A stretch of DNA of 64,000 nt from a bacterium (GTDB lineage: Bacteria; 4484-113; JAFGCY01). The notes under the pieces are model-generated. The model ran no database searches. It worked only from the letters and a program-made list of their open reading frames with translations, and was not told where the DNA came from. The translations under genes were made by a program, and so were the position numbers. Shown piece by piece: positions 43,910-53,028 of this stretch; within the stretch, counting starts at the first letter, position 1, and the number at the start of each line of letters is the position of its first letter. The DNA lies in NCBI GenBank assembly GCA_041395205.1, contig JAWLAZ010000002.1:119589-183588 (forward strand), written 5' to 3'.

Positions 43910-45385
43910 ATGGATGTCAGATTAGCCATTGTGATACTGGCCGCCGGCAAGTCCACCCGCTTTCATTCGAAGAAGAGCAAGCTGCTGCATACCATCTGCG
44001 GCCAGACTGTGATCGAATGGGTGCTGGATGCGGTCCTGCCCCTTGAACCACACCAGGTGATCCTGGTGCATGGACCGCACAATGAGGCGGAGCTGCATGA
44101 TGCTCTGGGGGACGACTACAGTGACGGTGAAATCACCGTGCCCCTGACCTATGCCCTGCAGCATCCGGCGCTCGGTACGGCCCATGCGCTGCTGCAGGCT
44201 GAGCCCGTGCTGGCTGAGGGAACCACCGATATCATCGTGCTGCCCGGGGATGCGCCGCTGATCGACGATGAGACCCTGCGCATGCTCTTCGAGGCCCGGG
44301 ATGCCGCGGGTGCGGAACACAGCGTACTGACCGCGCTGATGGAGGATCCAACTGGCTATGGCCGGATCCTGCACGATGGAGATCCAGAAAACGGGATCAT
44401 CGAGGCCATCGTTGAGGAAGCGGATGCCACGGAAGAGCAGCGCTACATCAATGAAGTGAACAGCGGGATGTACCTGTTCAGCGTACGGGTCTTCGAGCAG
44501 CTGCGCAAAGCGGCGGAGAGTATCGGCAAGAGCAGCGTGAAGGGTGAGTATTACCTGCCGGACATCGTGAAGATGGCCCCGACCGCTTCCTGCATGACCG
44601 AGGACTACGTCAGCATCAGCGGGATCAACGACCGTGAACAGCTCGCCTGGGCTGAGCAGGAAGTGCTGACCGCACTGCGCCGTTCCTGGATGCAGGCCGG
44701 CGTGACCTTCCGGATGCCGGAGACCGTCTACATGCACGCCGATGTCAAGCTCGACGAGGACGTGGAAATCGGCCCGAACTGCGTGCTGCTCAACGGCGCG
44801 GAGGTCGGGCGCGGAACCGTGATCGGCCCGGGCTGCGTGCTGGACAATGCCAACATCGGCGAGAACTGCACGCTCATGCACGTGCGCGCGCTGGACTGCG
44901 ACGTGGATGACAACGTCACGATCGGCCCGTATGTCAACCTGCGCCCGGGGACGCACCTGCAGGACAACGTCAAGGTCGGCAACTTCGTGGAGACCAAGAA
45001 CGCCGTGATCGGCACCGGCAGCAAGCTGCCGCACCTGCAGTACGTCGGCGATGCCGAGCTCGGTGAGAATGTCAACATCGGCGCCGGCACGATCTTCTGC
45101 AACTACGACGGTGTCAACAAGCACCGCATCAGCATCGGCAACAACGTCTTCGTGGGCAGCAACAGCAGCCTGCAGGCTCCGCTCACGATCGGCGAGGGCG
45201 CCTACGTGGCGATGGGCAGTGCGGTCACCAAGGACGTACCGCAGGATGCGCTGGCCGTGGGCCGCGCACGCCAGGAGAACAAGGAAGGCTACGCCGCCAG
45301 GCTGCGGGAGAAGGCCCAGCGCCTGAAGGAGCAGCGTGCCATGGAACGCGAGCGGGAGGCCGGCGAGGCTGGAGGCAAGTCATGA
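43910..45385 (+). CDS. glmU: bifunctional UDP-N-acetylglucosamine pyrophosphorylase / glucosamine-1-phosphate N-acetyltransferase
   Basis: Starts MDVRLAIVILAAGKSTRFHSKKSKLLH. Has a left-handed beta-helix hexapeptide region (NVKVGNFVETKNAVIGTGSKLPHLQYVGDAELGENVNIGAGTI) and a charged ~35-aa C-terminal tail. The start is moved to the ATG at 43910, with TATAAT 9 nt upstream. Confidence 0.9.
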   Translation: MDVRLAIVILAAGKSTRFHSKKSKLLHTICGQTVIEWVLDAVLPLEPHQVILVHGPHNEAELHDALGDDYSDGEITVPLTYALQHPALGTAHALLQAEPVLAEGTTDIIVLPGDAPLIDDETLRMLFEARDAAGAEHSVLTALMEDPTGYGRILHDGDPENGIIEAIVEEADATEEQRYINEVNSGMYLFSVRVFEQLRKAAESIGKSSVKGEYYLPDIVKMAPTASCMTEDYVSISGINDREQLAWAEQEVLTALRRSWMQAGVTFRMPETVYMHADVKLDEDVEIGPNCVLLNGAEVGRGTVIGPGCVLDNANIGENCTLMHVRALDCDVDDNVTIGPYVNLRPGTHLQDNVKVGNFVETKNAVIGTGSKLPHLQYVGDAELGENVNIGAGTIFCNYDGVNKHRISIGNNVFVGSNSSLQAPLTIGEGAYVAMGSAVTKDVPQDALAVGRARQENKEGYAARLREKAQRLKEQRAMEREREAGEAGGKS

Positions 45386-46335
45386 GTTACACGCAGAGGC
45401 CGCTGCGCCTGATCGCCGGCAATTCCAACCCCGAGCTCTGGGCTGAGATCAGCGAACGCCTCGGAGTGCCGCTGACATCCGCCACCGTCGAGAAGTTCAG
45501 CGACGGCGAGCTGAAGATCAAGGTCGAGGAAAGCATCCGCGAGGCGCACTGCTTCATCATGCAGAGCACCTGCGCGCCGGTGAATGACAACCTGATGGAG
45601 CTTCTGCTGCTGATCGATGCCCTGAAGCGCGCCAGCGCCTACCGCATCGGCGTTGTCACCCCCTACTACGGCTATGCCCGCCAGGACAAGAAGCTCCAGC
45701 CGCGTGAGCCGATCAGCGCGCGCGTCGTCGCCAACCTGATCGAGGGCACCGGAGCCAGCCGCGTGCTGGCGATGGACCTGCACTCCAACAGCATCCAGGG
45801 CTTCTTCAACTGCCCGGTGGACCACCTGAACGCCGCCAACGTGCTGTGCGACTACATCCGCAATGACGGCTGGGATGAAAGCGACGTGGTGATCGTCAGC
45901 CCGGATGTGGGTGGTGTGGAGCGTGCCAAGTTCGTGGCTGACCGCCTCGGCCTGCCGATCGCGATCATCGCCAAGCGCCGCCCGGAGGCCAATGTGGCTG
46001 AGGTGGTGGACGTCGTCGGTGACGTGAAGGGCAAGCGCGCGATCCTGTTTGATGACATCATCGACACCGCCGGCAGCATCACCGCCGGTGCGCACCGCCT
46101 GATGGAGGACGGGGCCAGCGCCGTACGGGTCTTCGCCACTCACGGGATCTTCAGCGGTTCCGCCGTGGAGCGGATCCTCGAGAGCCCGATTGACCTCGTG
46201 ACGGTCTGCAATACCATCCCGCGCCGGGATGCGACCTCCGTGCACAAGATCCGCTACATCTCCGTGGCCCAGGTGCTGGCCGAGGCCATCCGCCGCAACC
46301 ATGCCGGGATGAGCATTTCCAGCCTGTTCAACTAG
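45382..46335 (+). CDS. prs: ribose-phosphate pyrophosphokinase
   Basis: 317 aa. Contains YYGYARQDKK, DLHSNSIQGFF and ILFDDIIDTAGSI (PRPP loop). The ATGA overlaps the glmU stop. Confidence 0.95.
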   Translation: MSYTQRPLRLIAGNSNPELWAEISERLGVPLTSATVEKFSDGELKIKVEESIREAHCFIMQSTCAPVNDNLMELLLLIDALKRASAYRIGVVTPYYGYARQDKKLQPREPISARVVANLIEGTGASRVLAMDLHSNSIQGFFNCPVDHLNAANVLCDYIRNDGWDESDVVIVSPDVGGVERAKFVADRLGLPIAIIAKRRPEANVAEVVDVVGDVKGKRAILFDDIIDTAGSITAGAHRLMEDGASAVRVFATHGIFSGSAVERILESPIDLVTVCNTIPRRDATSVHKIRYISVAQVLAEAIRRNHAGMSISSLFN

Positions 46336-47192
46336 CCGCGCTCGCGCTCGATTTCCGGTTCGGACTGGGACAGCTCGTAGAGCTGGTCTGCGAGCTGCAG
46401 CATGTACTCAAGGGATTGCGAGGCGGGCCAGCCGCCCTGCCCCAGCCCGTGGTATCCCAGATGCGCACCGATCAGCGATGAGGCCAGCGGCAGCAGCACC
46501 TCTGCGTCGCCTTCGCCGATGCTGATGATCCGCTCGAGTTCGCGATAGCTGTCGCAGTAGTAGGCCAGCCAGAGTGCGGCCTGCAGCGTGTCCAGGCTGC
46601 GGCCACTGAGCCTGAGCTGGGCCGGCTGCATGGTTTCGATGGCGCGCAGGCGCTCACCGAATTCCGGCATGCGCGGTTCGACGAACTCCAGGATCTCCTC
46701 GATCAGGCCATCGGTGCCGACCATCAGCAGGTGCGCCAGTGCCAGATTGAAGGCCACGCTGGCCATCTTGCATTCCTCATCGGCATGCGTCAGACCGCAG
46801 ATCAGCCGGGCCTCGCCGATCAGGTGGATGTCATCGTGATAGCGCACCAGGCCTGCCGGCAGTGTTCTGAGCAGGGCCCGGTCATTGCAGCGCACCGCTT
46901 CCGGCAGGCGCAGCCGGGCATCCGCCGCCGCACGCTCGAAGGTATAGCCGCGGCCCAGCAGCAGCAGGGCTTCGCCGGTCATCGGATCAGTGGTCTCGGT
47001 GGCGGCCCGGAACCAGCTCAGCAGGCGTTCGGTGAGGTCCTCCGCGCTGAAGCCCCGGTAATCGCGGTAGCTGCGGGCCACGCAGCTGAGCTGCCCGAGA
47101 CCGCGCGCACCGGCCAGTGCGGCACCGGCCATCACGCCCCTGAACTGTTCCTGCAGCTCCACGGCTCTCAATTTAACACAGTGGATGAGCAT
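46332..47192 (-). CDS. ADP-ribosylglycohydrolase-family protein with degenerate metal-binding motifs
   Basis: 286 aa from MLIHCVKL. Contains CGLTHADEECKMASVAFNLALAHLL, and the C-terminal IGEGDAEVLLPLASSLIGAHLGYHGL where canonical members have GGDTDT..A..G.L.GA. The 150-aa N-terminal extension in the track ORF overlaps ribE and is rejected. Confidence 0.55.
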   Translation of the reverse strand: MLIHCVKLRAVELQEQFRGVMAGAALAGARGLGQLSCVARSYRDYRGFSAEDLTERLLSWFRAATETTDPMTGEALLLLGRGYTFERAAADARLRLPEAVRCNDRALLRTLPAGLVRYHDDIHLIGEARLICGLTHADEECKMASVAFNLALAHLLMVGTDGLIEEILEFVEPRMPEFGERLRAIETMQPAQLRLSGRSLDTLQAALWLAYYCDSYRELERIISIGEGDAEVLLPLASSLIGAHLGYHGLGQGGWPASQSLEYMLQLADQLYELSQSEPEIERERG

Positions 47193-47262
47193 CACTGCGC
47201 TTGCAGATAAATATCTACAGATGTTTAGATAAAAGCCCCTGAGCCACAGGTACAATATCGCG

Positions 47263-47865
47263 ATGTTCACTGGACTGATCCGCCAGAACGGCATTCTGCG
47301 GGAACGCAGCGGCAAGACCATCCGCATCGACTGCGACATGGCCAGGCTGCAGCCCGCCCACGGAGACAGCGTGGCGGTGAATGGCGCCTGCCTGACCGTG
47401 GTACGCATGCATGAAGACGGGTTCGGTGCCGATCTACTGGATGAGACCCTGGAACTCACCACGCTTGGCCGTCTGGCAGCCGGCAGCCGCCTCAACCTGG
47501 AACCGGCCCTGCGCTTCGGGGACAGCCTCGGCGGACATCTGCTCAGCGGGCATGTCGAGGGCATAGGCCAGGTAGTGCGGAAAGTCAGCAGAAACGGTGG
47601 AGACTGTGAGCTTAGTGTGTCCATCCCCCCTGCATTGAACATCTATGCGATCCACAAGGGTAGTATTGCCATCGACGGGGTCAGCCTGACGATCCACGAG
47701 CTGGAAGACCATGCCGTGGTACTGGAGCTGATCCCGGAAACCCTGGCTGCCACGAATCTCGGCGGCCTGCGCGAGGGGGACCATGTCAACCTCGAGATGG
47801 ACATGATGGTGAAGACGGTGCAGCACAGCGTGGAACGGATCCTCGCTGCGATGAACAAGGACTGA
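47263..47865 (+). CDS. ribE: riboflavin synthase (alpha chain)
   Basis: Starts MFTGLIRQNG. Contains GDSVAVNGACLTV and the second-lobe equivalent GSIAIDGVSLTI. TACAAT lies 6 nt upstream of the ATG. Confidence 0.9.
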   Translation: MFTGLIRQNGILRERSGKTIRIDCDMARLQPAHGDSVAVNGACLTVVRMHEDGFGADLLDETLELTTLGRLAAGSRLNLEPALRFGDSLGGHLLSGHVEGIGQVVRKVSRNGGDCELSVSIPPALNIYAIHKGSIAIDGVSLTIHELEDHAVVLELIPETLAATNLGGLREGDHVNLEMDMMVKTVQHSVERILAAMNKD

Positions 47866-47868
47866 AAC

Positions 47869-49185
47869 ATGAACGAAGCAAACGGGAAAATGAATGGTGT
47901 AGAGTGCAAGCCGGACTGGATGCTGCGCGTGGAGCGTGCCGCCCAGGCCATGGCCGCCGGACAGATGGTGATCCTCGCCGATGACCCCGACCGTGAGAAT
48001 GAAGGGGACATCGTGATCGCCTGCCAGTTCTGTGAGGCAGAGCACATCAATTTCATGCGTGAGCATGCCCGGGGGATGATCTGCGCGCCGCTGACCGCCA
48101 AGCGGCTCGAGGAATTGCAGATCCCGATGATGGTGGATGACAACACCTCCACGCTCGGGACCGCGATGGCGGTGAGCGTGGATGCCCTCAAGGGGACGAC
48201 GACCGGCATCAGTGCCTCGGACATGGCGCTGACGATCCGCCTGCTGGCGGACCCCGCCACCCGTCCGCATGACCTGCAGCGACCCGGACATGTGGTGCCG
48301 CTGCGTGCCAAGGAAGGCGGGGTGCTCGTGCGCCTCGGCCAGACCGAAGGCAGCATTGACCTGGCGCGCATCGCCGGGATCTACCCCGCCGCCGTGGTCT
48401 GCGAAATCTGCAATGCGGACGGCACGATGGCCCGCCAGCCGGAGCTGGAGGAGATCAGCGAGCGCTTCGGCCTGCCGCTGGTGCATGTGCGTGATGTGCT
48501 GCGCTACCGCGAAGCCACAGAAAGCGGCAATGAGAAGCGTGACAACGGTTCACTGCGCCGCATCGAGCGCATCGATGATGCCAGCCTGCCGACGCGTTAC
48601 GGTGAGTTCCGGATCGTGGGCTACGAGGTCCCCGGCACAGATGAGCACCATGTCGCGCTCGTGATGGGCGAGGTCACCGACCATGAGAATGTGCTGTGCC
48701 GGATGCACAGTGAATGCCTGACCGGCGATGTCTTCCACAGTGCGCGCTGCGACTGCGGCGACCAGCTGGAGATCGCCTTGCAGGCCATCGCCGAGGAAGG
48801 CCGTGGCGTGCTGCTCTACCTGCGCCAGGAGGGCCGCGGAATCGGGCTGATCAACAAGATCCGCGCCTACAACCTGCAGGACCAGGGCATGGACACCTAC
48901 GATGCCAATATCGCGCTCGGCCTGCCTGCCGACAAGCGTGAGTACTGGATGGGCAATGCGATGCTTGAGGACCTCGGCGTGAAGAGCATCCGCCTGATGA
49001 CCAACAACCCGGCCAAGATCATCGGCCTCGAGAGCTTCCGCGTGCGCATCAGCGGCCGCGTGCCCGTGCCGGTCAAGGGTGAGGTCGGTCCGGAGCTGGC
49101 GCGTTACCTGCGTACGAAGGTCGAGCGGATGGACCACCGCCTCGATCTGGACTCCATCGAGGAACTGCGCAGCGACAAGGCCTGA
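47869..49185 (+). CDS. ribBA: bifunctional 3,4-dihydroxy-2-butanone-4-phosphate synthase / GTP cyclohydrolase II
   Basis: 438 aa. Contains DDPDRENEGDIV, RPGHVVPLRAKEGGVL, and the zinc site RMHSECLTGDVFHSARCDCG, then LYLRQEGRGIGL. Confidence 0.92.
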   Translation: MNEANGKMNGVECKPDWMLRVERAAQAMAAGQMVILADDPDRENEGDIVIACQFCEAEHINFMREHARGMICAPLTAKRLEELQIPMMVDDNTSTLGTAMAVSVDALKGTTTGISASDMALTIRLLADPATRPHDLQRPGHVVPLRAKEGGVLVRLGQTEGSIDLARIAGIYPAAVVCEICNADGTMARQPELEEISERFGLPLVHVRDVLRYREATESGNEKRDNGSLRRIERIDDASLPTRYGEFRIVGYEVPGTDEHHVALVMGEVTDHENVLCRMHSECLTGDVFHSARCDCGDQLEIALQAIAEEGRGVLLYLRQEGRGIGLINKIRAYNLQDQGMDTYDANIALGLPADKREYWMGNAMLEDLGVKSIRLMTNNPAKIIGLESFRVRISGRVPVPVKGEVGPELARYLRTKVERMDHRLDLDSIEELRSDKA

Positions 49186-49206
49186 ATCCGGCAGTAGAAT
49201 CTGCGC

Positions 49207-50007
49207 ATGGATCAGACTGACCAGCACGTCCTGAAAGCGGCATACGACGCTGCGGCCACGACACAGGAAGATGCCTGCTGCGGCAGCGGTGGCTGCGCAG
49301 CCTGCGGCGATGGCCCGGCACAGCCCGCCGGCGGCATTGTCAATGAACCTTTCCAGGCAGCCGTGCCTGATAGCTATGGCCTGTCCTGTGGTGACCCGGT
49401 TGCACTGGCGGAGCTGGCTGAAGGTGAATCCGTGGTCAATCTCGGCAGCGGCAGCGGCCGGGATGTCTTCAGCGCAGCCAGGCTGGTTGGCAAGCGTGGC
49501 AAGGTGATCGGCGTTGACTTCTCAGCATCGATGCTGGAACTGGCCCGTGAGCGTGAGCAGGCCTTCCGCGAGGAAAGCGGGCTTGCCAACACGGAGTTTC
49601 GTGAGGGCAACATCGCCGACCTGCCGCTGTTCAATGCCAGCGCGGATGCAGTGATTGCCAATTGCGTGATCAACCTCTGCCCGGACCGCATCGCGGTGTT
49701 CCGGGAAGCCCTGCGCGTGCTGCGCCCCGGTGGCCGGCTGGTGCTGAGCGATCTCGTGCTGGAGGATGATCCGGGCAAGGCGCAGCTGGCTGGCAACACT
49801 GATGCCAGCGCTGTCTATGCCACGGCGCTGAGCTGCGAAGCCTACATCGAGGCTGTCAGGGAGGCCGGCTTCGAGGATGTGCAGGTCCTGCGCCTGCAGC
49901 GCTATCGCGACGGCCAGGCCTGCGGGGACCCGGTCACATCCGGGATCCAGGAGCTGCTGCTGCGAAGCGCCGCCAGCCTGAGCCTCAGCGCGCGACGGCC
50001 CCTGTGA
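49207..50007 (+). CDS. SAM-dependent methyltransferase, arsenite methyltransferase (ArsM)-like
   Basis: 266 aa. N-terminal Cys cluster ACCGSGGCAACG. SAM motif I VVNLGSGSGRD. Also IANCVINLCPD and LRPGGRLVLSD. TAGAAT lies 6 nt upstream of the ATG. Confidence 0.65.
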   Translation: MDQTDQHVLKAAYDAAATTQEDACCGSGGCAACGDGPAQPAGGIVNEPFQAAVPDSYGLSCGDPVALAELAEGESVVNLGSGSGRDVFSAARLVGKRGKVIGVDFSASMLELAREREQAFREESGLANTEFREGNIADLPLFNASADAVIANCVINLCPDRIAVFREALRVLRPGGRLVLSDLVLEDDPGKAQLAGNTDASAVYATALSCEAYIEAVREAGFEDVQVLRLQRYRDGQACGDPVTSGIQELLLRSAASLSLSARRPL

Positions 50008-51169
50008 AGCGCGACAGGCGGAACTGGCTGATGTCATGCTGGGTGCCGCCGTCCACCAGCAGCTGGCTGGCGATCTCCCCGATCACCGGTGCGAACTTGT
50101 AGCCATGCCCGCTGCAGCAGCTCAGCAGCAGCACGCGTTCAGTGGCGGGATGGCGGTCGATGATGAAGTGCTCATCCGGGGTATTTGTGTAGACGCAGGT
50201 CCAGCTCGCGCGGGCCTCGGGCAGCAGCCAGGGCAGCCACTTGCTGGCAACGCCGTGCAATTCGCGGACTTCGTTGTCACTGACCGCAGGGTAGTCATGC
50301 GGATCGCCGAGCTGCCCGCCGTGGTGGAAGGCCAGCTTGATGCCATTGCCGAAATCCGGGATGCCGTAGAGCATCGGCTCCGCGCCACGGTCGATCGCCA
50401 GCGCCGGGAAGATCCCCGCGCCGTAGCCTGAGCCGTTGCGGCTGGAGAACTGCACCTGATACTGGCGCTCGGTCCGCAGCGGCAGGTCCAGTCCCGCCAG
50501 CCCGGCTGTCCAGGCTCCGGCGGCGATCACCAGCCGGTCCGCTTCGATCACTTCCTCAATTCCCACCGCCCGTGCAGTGATGCCATTGTCCGCAAGCTGC
50601 CAGCGGTCCAGCCCCGCGCCCGGACAGCAGGCTGCGCCGCTGTCCTCGCAGAGCTGCAGCAGCCGGCGCAGCACAGGCTCAACCTGCAGCACTCCGGCCA
50701 GCGGTTCGAGAATGGCAATATGTCCCTCGGGAATGCTCAGCCCCGGCCAGAGCTGCATGGCTTCGGCGGCCTGCAGGACCTTGACGTGGATGCGGTACTG
50801 CTCGGCGGAAGCCAGCGCTCCACTGGCCAGCCGGCCGTCATCGCGGCCGATCACCAGCACGCCGGTGCGTGACAGCAGCGCGCCACCGCCGGCCTGGACG
50901 CGGGGTCCCTCCTCCAGGCTGAAGCTCGTGCCGGTCATCTCGCGCGACAGTTCCACCCAGAGATCATCCGCGCGCTTGAGCAACGGGACATAGAACGGAG
51001 CTTCGAAATAGGCGCGACGGTGTACGCGGGTCTGGCCGTGGGAGGAGCCATGCGCATGGGGCACTGGATGCGGATCGAGGCCGATCACCTTCAGACCTCG
51101 CCGGGCCAGCCAGTACGCGGTCATCAGGCCGTGGATGCCGAGGCCTGCGACTATCACGTCATAGCGCAT
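49985..51169 (-). CDS. FAD-dependent oxidoreductase, monomeric sarcosine oxidase / N-methyltryptophan oxidase family
   Basis: 394 aa. Starts MRYDVIVAGLGIHGLMTAYWLARRG (dinucleotide fold). C-terminal CCSGHGYKFAPVIGE is the covalent-FAD Cys context. The 3' end overlaps the convergent methyltransferase gene by 23 nt. Confidence 0.8.
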   Translation of the reverse strand: MRYDVIVAGLGIHGLMTAYWLARRGLKVIGLDPHPVPHAHGSSHGQTRVHRRAYFEAPFYVPLLKRADDLWVELSREMTGTSFSLEEGPRVQAGGGALLSRTGVLVIGRDDGRLASGALASAEQYRIHVKVLQAAEAMQLWPGLSIPEGHIAILEPLAGVLQVEPVLRRLLQLCEDSGAACCPGAGLDRWQLADNGITARAVGIEEVIEADRLVIAAGAWTAGLAGLDLPLRTERQYQVQFSSRNGSGYGAGIFPALAIDRGAEPMLYGIPDFGNGIKLAFHHGGQLGDPHDYPAVSDNEVRELHGVASKWLPWLLPEARASWTCVYTNTPDEHFIIDRHPATERVLLLSCCSGHGYKFAPVIGEIASQLLVDGGTQHDISQFRLSRFTGAVAR

Positions 51170-51196
51170 TCCTCATTATATGACCATGAATCAGAT

Positions 51197-51850
51197 TCAG
51201 TGCTGGCGCTTGAGCTCCCGGTAGATGCGGATGCTGTGGAAGTGCGGTATGGCCAGGATGCAGACAAGGATCACGATGAAGCTGCCAATAACTGAGTAGA
51301 GTGGCGGCGCAAAGGCCAGGGGCACGATCAGCGCGCCGGTGATCAGGAGCATCTTCCCGCCGAGGCGGTTGGTGCTCTGCCAGACCCGCATGTCGCTGAG
51401 CGTATAGCTGTTGCGGAAGCCACCCCAGCGGTTCTGGGGCATCAGGGGCACGATCACGCCGAGGGCTATGAACAGCCCGGCCAGGCTGAACATCACGAAG
51501 CGACCGACATCCACGCCGACGCCCAGGGCATTGATGCCGATCATGTACTGGATCGCCAGCATGAAGGCTCCGGTGACCCAGGCTGTAGCCAGCATCATCC
51601 GCCCCGCCCTGGTCCGGCTGAGCAAGACGAACATGATCAGCAGCAGAGTGAAGATGATCGGAACGGCGAAGGCTCCTTCGAAGCGGCTGCCGAAGCGGTC
51701 GGGTGCCCCGCTCATGCCCCAGTGCACGGGGACCTGCTCAGGCATCTGCGAGTAGAACCAGCCGCCCACGGCCCAGCTCGCGATGAAGCAGAGCCCGGGC
51801 AGGATGTAATCCGTCAGTCTGACTGGTCCGGAGAGTAGCTGCTTGGCCAT
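51197..51850 (-). CDS. SdpI/YhfL-family membrane protein (DUF1648 N-terminus)
   Basis: 217 aa. Contains MPEQVPVHWGMSGAPDRFGSR followed by several TM helices. Confidence 0.65.
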   Translation of the reverse strand: MAKQLLSGPVRLTDYILPGLCFIASWAVGGWFYSQMPEQVPVHWGMSGAPDRFGSRFEGAFAVPIIFTLLLIMFVLLSRTRAGRMMLATAWVTGAFMLAIQYMIGINALGVGVDVGRFVMFSLAGLFIALGVIVPLMPQNRWGGFRNSYTLSDMRVWQSTNRLGGKMLLITGALIVPLAFAPPLYSVIGSFIVILVCILAIPHFHSIRIYRELKRQH

Positions 51851-51957
51851 GGAATGCTCCCTGTTCCTGACACGTGGTCACAGATGATACGCAGATCTTA
51901 CCCGCCCGGATTCAGCCGGGCAGTTCAGATTGCGTCTGAGCAGGGTTCAATCCCGGT

Positions 51958-52509
51958 TCAGCTGCCGGCGGACTGCTCCTGGGCATGCAGGCCCGCAGCA
52001 TAGAAGATCAGGTCATTCCACTGCGGCGGCTCAATCCCGTTGGCGCGCAGCAGGTGCACCACCCCGCCGAGATGCCAGTAGCAATGCGTCAGGGCATGCA
52101 CGAAGGCTTCCTCGGGGGTGATGGTCCAGACACCGGCACTGCGGGTCTGGTACGGCACTTCCTCGCGGGCGGCCTCGGTGCTGAAGGAAGCTGCGGCACT
52201 GGCATGCACCTCCAGGCATTCGCGGGCGAAGGCGGTCAGCGCCTGCCAGTCATCCGCCGGAACCTGGCTGTCGTCAAAGGGTTCGCGGCCGAGCGTGCGC
52301 TCAGCATAGCGGCGCACGGGACTGAAGGCATGCACGAGCATATGCCCAGCAGTGGGCCACTTGGGGTTGCCGGTAGCCACCGCCAGCCAGTCAGCATTGT
52401 CCTGGGCAGCGGCCCATTCATCCCACTTGCCGAGCTGCCAGCTCAGCCAGCGGCGCAGGGTCTCCAGCGAAATGCCGGTCTGCGGACCTTCGTTGAATGC
52501 AATGCTCAT
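51958..52509 (-). CDS. DinB-family (four-helix bundle) protein
   Basis: 183 aa. Contains AGHMLVHAFSPVRRY and ALTHCYWHLGGVVHLL, a His-containing helix pattern like DinB/YfiT. Confidence 0.55.
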   Translation of the reverse strand: MSIAFNEGPQTGISLETLRRWLSWQLGKWDEWAAAQDNADWLAVATGNPKWPTAGHMLVHAFSPVRRYAERTLGREPFDDSQVPADDWQALTAFARECLEVHASAAASFSTEAAREEVPYQTRSAGVWTITPEEAFVHALTHCYWHLGGVVHLLRANGIEPPQWNDLIFYAAGLHAQEQSAGS

Positions 52510-52563
52510 GTCAGTTCTCCCCGGGTCAGATGAGACTGATACCCCGGCTAAGCCTGCAGCATT

Positions 52564-53028
52564 TCAGCCGAGCTGCCGGAACATCAGCCAGTGCGGGCCG
52601 ATGCCCTCGATCTCGAATTCCGGCCCGCTGCGCTGCATGCCGAACTTGAGGTAATAGCCCGCAGCGCTGACCCGGGCATTGCACCAGAGCAGGTCGCAGC
52701 CCCGCTCCGTCAGGCGCTGCAATGCACTGTCGAGGAGCTTGAAGCCGAGACCCCTGCCCTGCCAGTCGGGCAGTGTGGCCATGCCGCGCAGGCGGTACTG
52801 GCAACTGCCGGAGAGCTCTGGATGCGGGTCCGGGTAGAAGCTGCCGATCGTCAGCAGCTGCTCGCGGGCGAAACTGCCGAGGTGGAAGGCCCCGGGCATG
52901 CTGTCGATGTCATAGTCACAGGCTGCAAGCGGCTGACCCGGACGCAGCACCACACTGCGCACGGGCCAGGTCTCGCGTGCGCTGATTTCGCGCACCGTGA
53001 ACTCCGGGGTCGAATTCTGCGTTGTCAA
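52564..53028 (-). CDS. GNAT-family N-acetyltransferase
   Basis: 154 aa. Contains RLRGMATLPDWQGRGLGFKLL (motif A). The TTG start overlaps the stop of the upstream glycosyltransferase. Confidence 0.75.
   Translation of the reverse strand: MTTQNSTPEFTVREISARETWPVRSVVLRPGQPLAACDYDIDSMPGAFHLGSFAREQLLTIGSFYPDPHPELSGSCQYRLRGMATLPDWQGRGLGFKLLDSALQRLTERGCDLLWCNARVSAAGYYLKFGMQRSGPEFEIEGIGPHWLMFRQLG

Noticed and set aside
47193-47262. Looked for an FMN riboswitch upstream of ribE.
   Set aside because: Only 70 bp are available and the -10 hexamer is 6 nt from the ATG. No FMN-element-like multi-stem structure fits.
47193-47642. 150-aa N-terminal extension of track ORF 46332..47642. Similar extensions occur at 11089..11217, 12596..12712, 14519..14707, 23486..23758, 18921..19034, 34692..34814, 31715..31792 and 43856..43909.
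   Set aside because: The extensions overlap neighbouring genes on the other strand or the promoter elements of the gene itself, and they are low-complexity. Internal starts give proteins of canonical length with a ribosome-binding site or a -10 hexamer in front.
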